A DNA stretch of 64,000 nucleotides from a virus (taxonomy: Duplodnaviria; Caudoviricetes), in the IMG/VR virus record IMGVR_UViG_3300028591_000070, positions 96,001 to 160,000 of that record. The stretch is one strand, 5' to 3'. Both the position numbers and the translations under genes were made by a program. Below, piece by piece: positions 49,001-57,452 of the stretch (within the stretch, counting starts at the first letter, position 1; each line of letters begins with the position of its first letter). The notes under the pieces were generated by a model. The model did no database searches. It saw only the letters and a list, made by a program, of their open reading frames with translations, and was not told the origin of the DNA.

Positions 49001-52000
49001 AAACTTTAAGCCAGGACAGTTTATTGCAGCTATTTATAATATTGACCATTTCGAGATTGTATTATGCGATGTTTCTCAATTACTATTCCATTTTGATAAC
49101 TCAAGAAAATATCTCTCTGAAAGAGAGTATAGAACATTCTTTGGATTAAACTCTAAAGCAAATGGAGCTTCATTAGAAGGTGAAGATTATATTGATAGAT
49201 ATCCATTCTTAATCAATGAAAAAATTGAGTCTATTTCAAATACTATTAAGTTGAGAGATTATGAAGAGCTCGTTCCAGGTTCATATTCTTCTATGAATAG
49301 AGTTTGTATTCCATTCACAGCAGAAGGATTTAGATATTTAGAAGATGGTTCAATCTCAAAAGAAAAAGAAAAGATTTTCCTTACAGAAGACTATATTTTC
49401 TCAGATGATGAAAATAAAGTATTATTTACATATAACATGATTGATGGTAAACCTGTAAAGTTTGCTATTTATCAGGAACAGAACAAATACTTTAAAAATA
49501 TTGTAAATAATGTAGTTGGATATTCAAAAGAAGAGGTTCTTACAAAAGATGGCCTTATTCAGAATGGTATCTTTACACCTGTTTCTGGATTTGACTTCAG
49601 TGGCTCAAGTTTAAGTTTGAATGATAGAATTTTAAGTCTTAAGCCAATTGATATTCGTTCAGCTTATGGACTTTATTTAGAGCCTCGTTTATTCAGTAAA
49701 TATACAACTATTTCTGGTACACTTAAAGGTATTATTGCAGATTCAGATATCGAAGAAAGACTTTATGGAAAAGTTTTGAAATGGAATGTTTCTCATGAAT
49801 TTGGAACTGGTACAAAAGAATATCTTAATAGAGTTTCATTTGCATCAGTTTTGGATAATTTCCGTCCAAATAATAAACAAGATGAAACAGTTTATCAAGA
49901 AAATAGTTTGACATTTGATAAAGATTCATTTGAAGACAAAATTATATCTGCTCCTAAGATTACAAAAGTGAATATCTTGGATAAGATTTCTACAGAAAAT
50001 GGAGTAACTTATTATAAGAATAATCTTATCGTTGAAGGTACAATTGATGAAAAAGACCCAACAGTTATCAACTTTGGTAGTACAAAATCTATTGATGCCT
50101 TAAATAATGTACAGGTTGGTGATAAGATTCTTGAAATTGCTTCTCTTACAAATGGTTCAAATACATTTAATCAGATTGATGCCGACCTTACAGGTATTAG
50201 ATTTATTGATTATAGAAATAATAAACTCTTGATTTGTGCTGACTCAGGTATGAAAGTAAGAGAAATGAGTGAGTTTACACTCGAGAATGTTAAGAGAATT
50301 AATGGTTCTACAAGACAGGACTACATCTTAGATGATGAAGTATTAACTGGTTCTGTAAGTCCTTCAATGCTTATCTGGGATAATGACCAAGAAAATTGGA
50401 TTTTAGCCCTTAAAGAAGCAAATGCTGAAATAGGTCTTGGAATGTATAATATTTCTTTCCAAGATGATAATAGAATCGTTCTTATTAAGATTGATGAAGA
50501 TCTTGAAAAAGATAATGACTTCAATAAGTTCCAATTAGTTGACCCTTACATTACTGAAAATCTTGATAAACTTAATAATTCAAATGATAAATTAATTTCT
50601 CATAAATATAGCGAAGGTAGAATGCTTGCAAGAGATATGGCCATTCGTGAAATTGATACAACAATCAATAAAAAGCCATCTAGAGCAACTGTTACTGTTG
50701 AATATAAAGAAACAAATGGCAAGATTCAGCCTAAATCTCCTATTATAGAATATGATGCATCACCTAGAAATTACATTGAATTAGATTGTACTATAAGCAA
50801 TACAAAAGAAGAAACAACTCTTAAATTAAAGAAAGATAAAGCTTATTGGTTGTTTGACAATAGAATTGGTAAGTGGATTTTCTATCAGACAAATAAGGGT
50901 TCTGAGATTCATATTGGTGACCAAGGAAAAGATTCTCTTAATTTAAGACTTTATTATGTTGGTTACAATACAGCTAAAAATATTGGATTAGACCAGACAT
51001 TTGAAACAGATGCTTGGGGATTTGCTGATGCTACAGAGGTAAATGATAATACTTTAGCTCAAGGTGAGTTCTTATGGAAATTACCTCGCCCAATGTATGA
51101 CAATGAAATTATTGCCGTACAAGTTGAAACACAAGCTTCTTATGAAAAGAGCTCAAATGTTGATGATAAAGATAATAAGTATTCAGAAATTGATGTTTAC
51201 GCCGAGATAGCGGGCGCAACAATTTCAGACGTAGCTATTACAACTAAAGACATTCTCACAATTGGTACAGAAGCTTATGATAATCATGAAGCTTTAAGAA
51301 ATAAAACAGACTTCGATAGATTACCATATGTAACAGGACCTTATATTCCTTATGAGGATAAGTCTAAAGTTATTAGAGGTTGCTCAAACTCAGATGGTTA
51401 TGAAGCTGTTTTGGTAGGTACAAATATCTTTATTAAGTCTCCTACAAAACTTTGGACTTCTGACAATAATAAACATTATACTCCAACTATGGAAACAGAA
51501 GAGTTCTTCTGGAAACGTGCAAAACTTCCAAGATTTAGAGATATTTCTCATGGTGATATTTCTAAAATGACTATTGAAGATGCATTTACAAAAGTTGCAA
51601 TTATGCGTCTTATGGTTTTGGAAGACCTTAAAACAAACTTCCCAGAGTCTGCATTCTATGCTTGGCTTAAAAATAATGAAGTTGTTCATTATGAGAATAT
51701 TGATGATATTCCAACAAAAATCACAATGAATGATGTATCTTATACTATTACTGCTAATGGTACAAGACCTACATATTTCACAACACTTAAAGATGGCGAG
51801 CTTGTTCCAGAAAGTGTAGTATATGGAAAAGCATTGCATTTTGAAAATTATATCGCAGCAGAGGATGTTGACCTTTCATTAGGATATGCTTCAAACTCAT
51901 ACTTAAAAGAGCAGATGTATCTTTCTTATTTGAGAGATTTCTATGAAATTATTTTAGGTTGCAATAATATTACAAATATGTTTGAAGAAGGAATAAAAGA

Positions 52001-55000
52001 TATTAAGATGTCTAATACTTGTCTTATTATTACTTCTTATAACAATATCATCATGAGTTTGCCATTCTCTAAAATGACAAGTAGAGATGATATTGAAAAC
52101 ATGAATAACTGGAATATGCTTAGTCTTAATACTGACTACGAAATTCCATGTTGTGATAATCATTCATATCAGAATGGAAATTATATCTATAAAGATAGTC
52201 AGAATGGTATTGTAACTTATAACTTTGGACCAAAATTATCATCATTCTTTGCTTATGACCTTACTTGCTCATATGTTAAGGATGATATTCAGGTTTATGG
52301 TGGTACATTAAATCTTGATAATCAGGCTGTTTCAGATTATTTGAGCTTCCTTAAAAAGTTTGATGGTGTAGATTATGACTATTCTTGGATGGATAAATCT
52401 AATGTAAATGCATTTAAGAATAAACATTTATTCATTGCTTATTCAAGTGATAATGGTCGTACATTCACTACAGTTGACCTTACAGAAGCTGGTATTCAGA
52501 TTCCAACAATGGGTTCAAATGTAAATGCAATTTATAGAATAGATAATACTATTAGAATTCTTTATAACAAGAGTTCTGATAAGATTTATAATTATGATAT
52601 TATAATTAAGGATGACTCTCTTGAAGAAAGTTTGATTGAAAAAGAATATACTGAATCTGACATTAAGTATAAGCTAATGAATAAAAATTTCTATATTGGT
52701 GGTGGCTATGAATGTTTAATCAACTCACCAGTAGAAAAGAATAGCTTTAATTCAAGTGTAGATAGTTTTATTATCTCAATGCCAGGTGCTTTCTCAGGTG
52801 GTACTATTTCTATAAAATCTGCTACTTCTATCACTTATAATCCAACAAATGTATATGATACAGATGGTGGAAACTTAAATGTTAGAGTTCTTTTAGCTAT
52901 TCAGACTTCTAAACAGATTTATGATCAGTTCAAATACCTCGACTATAAAGAAGATTACTTCAATATGCAAGGTGATTTAAGAGTAAGCGAATCTGAAGAG
53001 GTATTGAATTCATCAACTGCTGATAGAGCATTCTCATTAAATGAAACTTTACCACTTGCTCAAGAGTCAATTTATAGTATTCCTTCATTAGCTGTTGATA
53101 CTGGAGATAAAGGTACTCATAACATTTATAAATATAATGTTTCTCTTAAGAATGGCTCAAATGAAAAGGTTTATAACCCAATTCCTATGACAAACTTTGA
53201 AGGTAATGACATTTATCTTTGTGGTATGGTTTCTCAAGAAGAAGGAAAGAAATTCTTAATTTATAGAAACAGAACTATTGGAAGTTGCATGACATTTAAG
53301 GATATTCTTAAATCATATAATAGTTCACCAGATATTATTGACAATATCCAGAGAATGTATGATATAAATGATGACTTTGAGTTTACTGTAAATGATGAGT
53401 TCTTAACAAATATTATCAATAAATATGCAATTGATAAAAATCTCATCTTAAAAGAAATTCATTTTGAGAATGAAAATCCTCATATGATAAATACTACAAG
53501 TGAAAATACAGATGAAGATATTATCCAGATTTTGAATAATAAATACTTCTTAAAGTGGCCTACAATCGATGGTGCTTTATGCGAAAAGCTCTGTGGTGAT
53601 TTAGGACTTGAATTTGATGAGTATGATGGTTCTAATACTGATGATGGCCTTAAAGAGTTTTTAGAGAAGTTGCAGCTTCTTGAGAAAGATTTAGGCAACC
53701 TAACAGATGAAATTATTAGATCATACTTTAAACCAATTAAGGTTTACTATAATGAAGATGACTACTTCTATGGCGTTTATGAGATTAGTTCATCTACAAT
53801 TTTAATGACAGAAAGATCAATCAAAGAAGTTATTTCAATGACTTATGAGTTTGGTTCTACTTTCAATTATTTGGATAATTCAATTCTTACAAGTACTACA
53901 GATTTGGATGAAAATAATTTGAGTATGTATACTGCTGTATTAAATACTCAATATGATGAAAACTCTTTAATAAACGCAATTGCTATTGATCCGGTTGGTT
54001 ATGGAGCTTCAATAAGCAATAAGAAATGGGATAATAAGCTTCCTCAAGATATTGACCCAGCTGCTTGGGTTGAAAATACAATGTTGTTCAACTCAAATGG
54101 AGAGCCAATCTTCTTATGCGACACAAATGGAAATAATGTCACAATGAGAAAAGGTTTATTCTATGGTGAAAAAGGAAATGTTTATACAGTTTCTCATGAT
54201 AATCTTTATGCTGAAGATTCAGTTATTGACATTTTTGATGGCAACTTGGTTGATAATAAATCAACATTCCATTTCTATAGTTTACCTGAGTCTGAAATAA
54301 AGATTTGGACACCTTTTGAAAAAGTTGACCTTAAAGATACAGTAATTACTCCATTTAGAGTTTATAGAGGTGGTATTGCAATTTCTAAAGAAGAATTTGA
54401 TGCTCACTACACTTTAACTTATAGTTCTCTTTATAAGAATGACCTTACACCTTATGTTGGTTTAGCTATCACTTATGATGGTGAAAAACTTGCATTTAAG
54501 GGAAGTTATAATGGTGATGCTCTTGTTGAAAATGATGTTCTTAATATAACTATAACAGATAATAGATCTGGAGCTTCAGCTTCTATAACTCTTGAAGTAG
54601 AAAATAACAGCTTCAAAGTTGTAAATGTTCCAAATACATATGAGGCTTATACAGAAGATGATTCACAACAAATAACTTATGTTATCAATAGAGAACTTTC
54701 TAAGATTTCTATTCCAGATAATAATATCAGTGGAGCAATTTCTAGAGAAAATGGAAAAACAAATTTAGCAATTACAATTGCTAGATGGCCTGAAAAACCT
54801 TCAATTATCATTTATGATAATGATGGTAATTCAGCAAATCTTAAATTGGATGTTGTTAAATTAAATCCAAAGCTTTATACAGATAGAGATTGGATTAGTG
54901 ACAATTTAGATGTAGATGGAATAAATTGTAAAGTATACTCAGAAGATGTAGATATTACAGATAGATATGTTATCACAAAAACTAATAAACAAATTAAAGC

Positions 55001-56333
55001 TGTTTGTAAGTATTCTGCACTCTCTATTCTTACAAAAGAAATTAAACAAGTTGAGTCTAATATTAAAGTAGGTGATATTGATTACAACAATAAGTTTGTT
55101 TATTCTTATGGTGAAGAAAATACATTTGTTGTAAATCGTCAGGAAGACTTCTTAATTAGAGGTTTATTTGGACAAGTAATTCTTCTTGCTCCAGCATTTA
55201 AAAACTTTAAAGACTTAATTACCTCTCTTGGAAGAATGATTGATACTGATGTTGAAGAAATTTATAATGTTGAGACAGCAGATGAAAAAATCTCAATTGT
55301 AAGTATAGATACAACAAAAGTAAGTATTGACCACTTATTAGATACTGAAGCACCTTATTTAAGGATAAAGCTTATGCCAGTTTCTTCTATTATATTGCCA
55401 TCAGACCTTATGAATAATAAGGATTACTATACTGAGATTAGTATTGATGATATAGACTTCTATGGTTATGATAGAGTTTGGATTAATGAGAATGTATTTA
55501 TGGCTCCTCCATTAAAAGTAGAAAATCAATACTTTAATACAGAGAGTGTTGCACAATATACAGTTGAGTCTTGGAAAAACAAAGATGGATATTCAGTATA
55601 TCTTTCTGATGAAAATGGTAAGTATGTTAAAGGATTTATCAATAATCATAAATTGAATTATAAGGTTATTGGTGATGAATTTGGAAATTGCTCACAAGAA
55701 GTTTATCAGAGTGTAAATCCTAGATTAAATCCAACTGAGCTTATTTATAAGACTGCTTATGATTATTACTATAACACATATTATAGTAGTGTTAGAAGAA
55801 GCAATCCATTCTTTAGATTCTTGAAGATTAACCAAAATATTATTGGTGAGAATATCATAGATGAGATTGGACTTTATCAGCAGCTTAAAGAGAATAATGT
55901 AATAGTTCTCAAGAAGGATAATGACTTTAATGTAATTAACAAGATCACATTAGACCTCGACCTAAATCAGACTTATAGTCTTGATGATATTATTGATGAA
56001 AAGAAAGGAGAACTAAATTATATTATAACATGCACTCCTTCTGATGAAGAATATAGCTATTTAGCTGGTATTAAATATAAGAATTACATGTATGATAGTG
56101 ACATTGTTTCTGATAAAAAATATTGTAAAGTAGACAGTAATTTAATGGCTAAGTTTGCAATACTTTCAAAAGAAGATGTAACTAATACTGAGTATAAGCC
56201 TATAGTCAATATCACAGAAATGGGTATCTTCAGTAAGGAAGGATATTTGTTAGCTTATATGCACCATCCTATCGTGCAATATAATACAAAAACAAATCAC
56301 ATCTCATATAACTTAATTATAGAGAATGCATAG
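43038..56333 (+). CDS. giant baseplate/tail-fibre-associated protein, 4431 aa
   Basis: N-terminal IRNLKNYAMNRKFFGAKEGY resembles a baseplate-wedge (P2 gpI-like) motif; C-terminal ITEMGIFSKEGYLLAYMHHP resembles tail-collar/fibre-attachment domains; follows the gp53-like gene. Confidence 0.65.
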   Translation: MKKFQPNSDLYNNFYDGYTSSDEFIAKKRIHTTNEIPPLSIYKNLHSMLQRDFWKNLVGDTEIIYDEYYNLDTDGKETFDRNGDIKEMSVAKYTNGIRSLNYGPIPRLVWNKNWKKDYENYLQQVEDGEAFDEGKTANDFKYIVDNSETKYNRFEVTGVFEPQKDLMMHEAYRYLSCIYPDHPDYLNILTKNEFDDKIDDSACLIDYKIDIPFMDWLPKYFEYIEGINTQIAQEDEAAKLKIRNLKNYAMNRKFFGAKEGYKMFAASAFQHASIYSASQYIPLEGGNVSSFGTPKNVDITWFKEFFDQPEEFTNSDIDKGHYLYKKLFRNIDWQNSSYDFINRYKEPTPFYGTAYPTPNSRFVLYEYPNERIIDTLDKQEGRSTDDLYGTIRADFKEGQKIKVSGQKQNWEEGSYKEGHISYITSETYYKVRAILGYNKSGDYMPSKSELEEHHIDNAITVVNVDTPLQPLYKNFSVYPSNGKILQLISDHDNNPELIEHDKDLPIEEKWAIHKSDADVMLPYFQSLEMEQPFYCSTIVLENIYGDIKGELSRFNEAPKVKTAKITLDPHQDGCIFIAPQQQISEFEEALNITLNIDSWFDENVAKPASKIIYGTTNLSDKAFLKEGDYIVSEDKKYISSVLGLSSAFLQFSLTGKGTDYELINKKVEAMNKETTARHGVVFALSGNNPEAAGKRVIVFGKPTFEDVTSMDNDPRKFSSKGVYFDVKAIPTTKDHAQLRFIYGSRFASIAAQKYQDLRQLYKDDYLSIADEYAKNLLDNLLLIDESFKALDERVEKTRESIKNESIYYNDYSAKKYDYYMDTTISAMLLRKVLQKQAEKTYKPYDDELNGKIDDLVKTYRNTCNYELTMAGDTTYANLETARNIYTDSLVDAWNGFNKVFNEEYNKFYKAISNLVEDGTDLEAPKIKKNLEKNYKIVNEKLNILYNAILDYTQVYNDSNWTDISQPLEDLLGWFDRFKDSRTLIREAYTKLFKDGKDAEQIYLNSCIQSLKEFNDVYYPQYVEYTKALNNSENDVHEELESVEHLFSAISYYYDEIENTLNQRKTVTKDVTDSFKDAFYDYTNFIISSCGKGSYDERGMAAFKKDYNKKLQEFITLEIKAKEVVKKYVDEYMTWFSEEIAIYFDDEQFYSDVIDIKSSDPEIRNLSLDILGCDTVLFTEMLPNKAFLLAPLPKDLLMRKELEGDFSYSLLTDQDYFQDIVSFKKNEFDDLLELEAESIFGRSGLLTNCKSVSMDAWSFGSINTATLAETHYDEDIFDYVTEDVALKTEADKNFLGDYYQSNKPWINDYYIDDPQAAELEVKQYKYFDLNQDIYTLMNDTDMTHKFAYCDPNMLEMFLTDEDKNNIRGEVLNFNKVKINCHTVQDSNVVTLEERASIRKLDYITTGCQVIGKTVDDDTYVEAIDLEDHSITLNKPMQITGEFVFTFLCKIQYEPDDVSEDFYNYRIAASKNKEVSNNSIFEHGVIDTLNYGEISDYMLSSYIDFAVFREALTDNLQEQPYYKENFNLLVRNFYNRYLGTARENDVFVKPSMIENEDDIFFELNAYNLLGEDYIMRQEILDYFYQYLDEMTKASDDIHLGVAVNGYTLNDGKVFHGDSAFSDKNIHAKFITTDDWKDYEPFYIKIGCGCIPGIFDEKEIVDHDENDELVGRSLYNEHDDPYGSALYNGSQVEVQDNTQRKHYYDIGDPVFKARLGEYEIQKNIMFNDFSSDRVFNTIQFSVMKRIIDSFVDDNTITIANSTVSNWNGLQTWPKNCYTIDDLYIMGENGEAAELKDINFLGEWSPKIENDEIVFPEKPLYDNVLNYYVITNNYSFIVDEKEVNYKPGQIIIWENDKWIVKTFYAAGFIGDSYSAAKYITGKYEDEAITTGSNLIITETTDFRAVILYKVLNSIGCYTNIATAANYGYSKLLELYQNALAFFKEEKTIDEVNESVYPIELDPTCKNTFDENTCYWFEYIGYDADFADALANRNFKPGQFIAAIYNIDHFEIVLCDVSQLLFHFDNSRKYLSEREYRTFFGLNSKANGASLEGEDYIDRYPFLINEKIESISNTIKLRDYEELVPGSYSSMNRVCIPFTAEGFRYLEDGSISKEKEKIFLTEDYIFSDDENKVLFTYNMIDGKPVKFAIYQEQNKYFKNIVNNVVGYSKEEVLTKDGLIQNGIFTPVSGFDFSGSSLSLNDRILSLKPIDIRSAYGLYLEPRLFSKYTTISGTLKGIIADSDIEERLYGKVLKWNVSHEFGTGTKEYLNRVSFASVLDNFRPNNKQDETVYQENSLTFDKDSFEDKIISAPKITKVNILDKISTENGVTYYKNNLIVEGTIDEKDPTVINFGSTKSIDALNNVQVGDKILEIASLTNGSNTFNQIDADLTGIRFIDYRNNKLLICADSGMKVREMSEFTLENVKRINGSTRQDYILDDEVLTGSVSPSMLIWDNDQENWILALKEANAEIGLGMYNISFQDDNRIVLIKIDEDLEKDNDFNKFQLVDPYITENLDKLNNSNDKLISHKYSEGRMLARDMAIREIDTTINKKPSRATVTVEYKETNGKIQPKSPIIEYDASPRNYIELDCTISNTKEETTLKLKKDKAYWLFDNRIGKWIFYQTNKGSEIHIGDQGKDSLNLRLYYVGYNTAKNIGLDQTFETDAWGFADATEVNDNTLAQGEFLWKLPRPMYDNEIIAVQVETQASYEKSSNVDDKDNKYSEIDVYAEIAGATISDVAITTKDILTIGTEAYDNHEALRNKTDFDRLPYVTGPYIPYEDKSKVIRGCSNSDGYEAVLVGTNIFIKSPTKLWTSDNNKHYTPTMETEEFFWKRAKLPRFRDISHGDISKMTIEDAFTKVAIMRLMVLEDLKTNFPESAFYAWLKNNEVVHYENIDDIPTKITMNDVSYTITANGTRPTYFTTLKDGELVPESVVYGKALHFENYIAAEDVDLSLGYASNSYLKEQMYLSYLRDFYEIILGCNNITNMFEEGIKDIKMSNTCLIITSYNNIIMSLPFSKMTSRDDIENMNNWNMLSLNTDYEIPCCDNHSYQNGNYIYKDSQNGIVTYNFGPKLSSFFAYDLTCSYVKDDIQVYGGTLNLDNQAVSDYLSFLKKFDGVDYDYSWMDKSNVNAFKNKHLFIAYSSDNGRTFTTVDLTEAGIQIPTMGSNVNAIYRIDNTIRILYNKSSDKIYNYDIIIKDDSLEESLIEKEYTESDIKYKLMNKNFYIGGGYECLINSPVEKNSFNSSVDSFIISMPGAFSGGTISIKSATSITYNPTNVYDTDGGNLNVRVLLAIQTSKQIYDQFKYLDYKEDYFNMQGDLRVSESEEVLNSSTADRAFSLNETLPLAQESIYSIPSLAVDTGDKGTHNIYKYNVSLKNGSNEKVYNPIPMTNFEGNDIYLCGMVSQEEGKKFLIYRNRTIGSCMTFKDILKSYNSSPDIIDNIQRMYDINDDFEFTVNDEFLTNIINKYAIDKNLILKEIHFENENPHMINTTSENTDEDIIQILNNKYFLKWPTIDGALCEKLCGDLGLEFDEYDGSNTDDGLKEFLEKLQLLEKDLGNLTDEIIRSYFKPIKVYYNEDDYFYGVYEISSSTILMTERSIKEVISMTYEFGSTFNYLDNSILTSTTDLDENNLSMYTAVLNTQYDENSLINAIAIDPVGYGASISNKKWDNKLPQDIDPAAWVENTMLFNSNGEPIFLCDTNGNNVTMRKGLFYGEKGNVYTVSHDNLYAEDSVIDIFDGNLVDNKSTFHFYSLPESEIKIWTPFEKVDLKDTVITPFRVYRGGIAISKEEFDAHYTLTYSSLYKNDLTPYVGLAITYDGEKLAFKGSYNGDALVENDVLNITITDNRSGASASITLEVENNSFKVVNVPNTYEAYTEDDSQQITYVINRELSKISIPDNNISGAISRENGKTNLAITIARWPEKPSIIIYDNDGNSANLKLDVVKLNPKLYTDRDWISDNLDVDGINCKVYSEDVDITDRYVITKTNKQIKAVCKYSALSILTKEIKQVESNIKVGDIDYNNKFVYSYGEENTFVVNRQEDFLIRGLFGQVILLAPAFKNFKDLITSLGRMIDTDVEEIYNVETADEKISIVSIDTTKVSIDHLLDTEAPYLRIKLMPVSSIILPSDLMNNKDYYTEISIDDIDFYGYDRVWINENVFMAPPLKVENQYFNTESVAQYTVESWKNKDGYSVYLSDENGKYVKGFINNHKLNYKVIGDEFGNCSQEVYQSVNPRLNPTELIYKTAYDYYYNTYYSSVRRSNPFFRFLKINQNIIGENIIDEIGLYQQLKENNVIVLKKDNDFNVINKITLDLDLNQTYSLDDIIDEKKGELNYIITCTPSDEEYSYLAGIKYKNYMYDSDIVSDKKYCKVDSNLMAKFAILSKEDVTNTEYKPIVNITEMGIFSKEGYLLAYMHHPIVQYNTKTNHISYNLIIENA

Positions 56334-56344
56334 AGGGGAATAGA

Positions 56345-56587
56345 ATGAAAAAACTTATTACAGTACTTTTATTATTACTTGTCGGAACTATTGGATTTAC
56401 AGCTACCTATCATCATTATGGACATTCTGTAAAATGTGCCAAATGCGTTGAAGAGTCTAAGAAATGGCCTGGACAATATATCAACATTGCTTGGCGTACT
56501 ACTGAACCTTATAGAAAAGAAGGTGATAAAGTGTATGCTCAGTACCACTGTTTTGGTGGTCATTACTATTGGGCTGAAATTGATTAA
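56345..56587 (+). CDS. small secreted Cys/His-containing protein
   Basis: Signal peptide; CAKC...CFGGH. Confidence 0.7.
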   Translation: MKKLITVLLLLLVGTIGFTATYHHYGHSVKCAKCVEESKKWPGQYINIAWRTTEPYRKEGDKVYAQYHCFGGHYYWAEID

Positions 56588-56589
56588 AA

Positions 56590-56632
56590 CAAAAAATGGG
56601 AAGATGTCTAGCTAGCCCATCTTCCCAAAAAA
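56590..56632 (-). terminator. terminator closing the ncRNA operon
   Basis: GGGAAGATG...CATCTTCCC hairpin followed by a T-tract on the minus strand. Confidence 0.8.
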
Positions 56633-56769
56633 TCATGCCGTCTCACTACTTAGAACTTAAGAGGTAATAAATAGTCTTTTTGTGAGACGATCCATAAAAA
56701 TGGATTGGGAACCTTCAGATAACGGCCAACAGTTCCTCATCTCACGATTTTCAAAATGCCGTTTTAGAG

Positions 56770-56855
56770 TGCACCAGACGAGACTCGAACTCGTACGCCT
56801 GTTACCAGACACAGGATTTTAAGTCCTGGGCGTCTACCAGTTCCGCCACTGATGC
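56770..56855 (-). tRNA. trnL: tRNA-Leu(UAA), CCA not encoded
   Basis: GCATCAG acceptor, D-loop AACTGGTAGA, CAGGA-CTTAAAA-TCCTG anticodon arm, long variable arm, ACGAG-TTCGAGT-CTCGT T-arm. Confidence 0.95.
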
Positions 56856-56899
56856 AAAAAGGGATGGCTTCATATTAACATACAAAACCATCCCTAAGT

Positions 56900-56982
56900 T
56901 TTCAGGTTTCACGCCTTACCTCAAGAAATAAAGCTCTCAGACCGAAGTCATCTCTTAACTTTACCCGAACCTGTACTTGAGA
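56900..56982 (-). ncRNA. structured RNA with predicted pseudoknot
   Basis: CTCAAG/CTTGAG stem crossed by CAGGTT/AACCTG; inner TAAAGTT/AGCTTTA stem with a GAC-TTCG-GTC tetraloop. Confidence 0.55.
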
Positions 56983-57036
56983 TTTTATAACGGCAGCGGC
57001 AAATAATTATTCTAAAAAGGGAGGTTATGCTCCCCG

Positions 57037-57150
57037 ATTACTGAAAAAAGGACTCGAACCTCTTTCGCGCGCCTTATCGTCAGCTGGGATCTGCTTAATG
57101 CAGGCCATACTTATTGTCAGGCACTGTGCGCCAGTACACCATTCAGTAAT
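57037..57150 (-). ncRNA. tRNA-like RNA with 46-nt insert in place of the anticodon loop
   Basis: TACTGAA/TTCAGTA acceptor, U8, GTGT-ACTGGC-GCAC D-arm, GTGCC/GGCGC stem, AGAGG-TTCGAGT-CCTTT T-arm. Confidence 0.8.
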
Positions 57151-57205
57151 GAGTGTTTCGAACCACTCCAGAAAGTTCACGTTCGAAATAGAACTTTCCT
57201 TTTAT

Positions 57206-57291
57206 TGAGGACTCCAGGAATTGAACCTGATCATCTTCTGCATTTAAGTTTTAACTTAAAATTTGGTAATGCAACCGTACATCAAATCCTC
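57206..57291 (-). ncRNA. tRNA-like RNA with non-canonical anticodon/variable region
   Basis: GAGGATT/AGTCCTC acceptor, ATGT-ACGGTT-GCAT D-arm, TCAGG-TTCAATT-CCTGG T-arm; middle is a TTTAAGT-TAAA-ACTTAAA hairpin. Confidence 0.8.
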
Positions 57292-57297
57292 AAAAAT

Positions 57298-57452
57298 TCG
57301 TAATTCCGACTTTACGGTTAAAGTCTCCGCTTTAGTATTCTCTTAATCATCGAGAATTGATTGATTCGGGCTAATTTCGCGCAGTGAATTACTCTGCCTT
57401 ATTATGAACCAATCCGCCCAACCTAATTCATCTTAGGACATCTTTGTTACGA
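57298..57452 (-). ncRNA. multi-branched structured RNA of unknown family
   Basis: Closed by TCGTAA/TTACGA; internal stems CCTAA/TTAGG, GATTGGTTC/GAATCAATC, GCAG/CTGC, ATTCTC/GAGAAT, GACTTTA/TAAAGTC. Confidence 0.6.

Noticed and set aside
56761-56769. GTTTTAGAG, identical to the start of type II-A CRISPR repeats
   Set aside because: Single 9-mer abutting the tRNA 3' end; no repeat-spacer array or cas gene in the window
56925-56950. Hammerhead ribozyme core (CTGAGAG ... GAAAC)
   Set aside because: Does not fit CUGANGA, and the stems do not form the three-way junction
57037-57291. Calling the two tRNA-like elements functional tRNAs, tmRNA or Y RNA
   Set aside because: No canonical 7-nt anticodon loop; too short and no tag ORF for tmRNA; not circularly permuted like YrlA, and no Ro60 gene in the window
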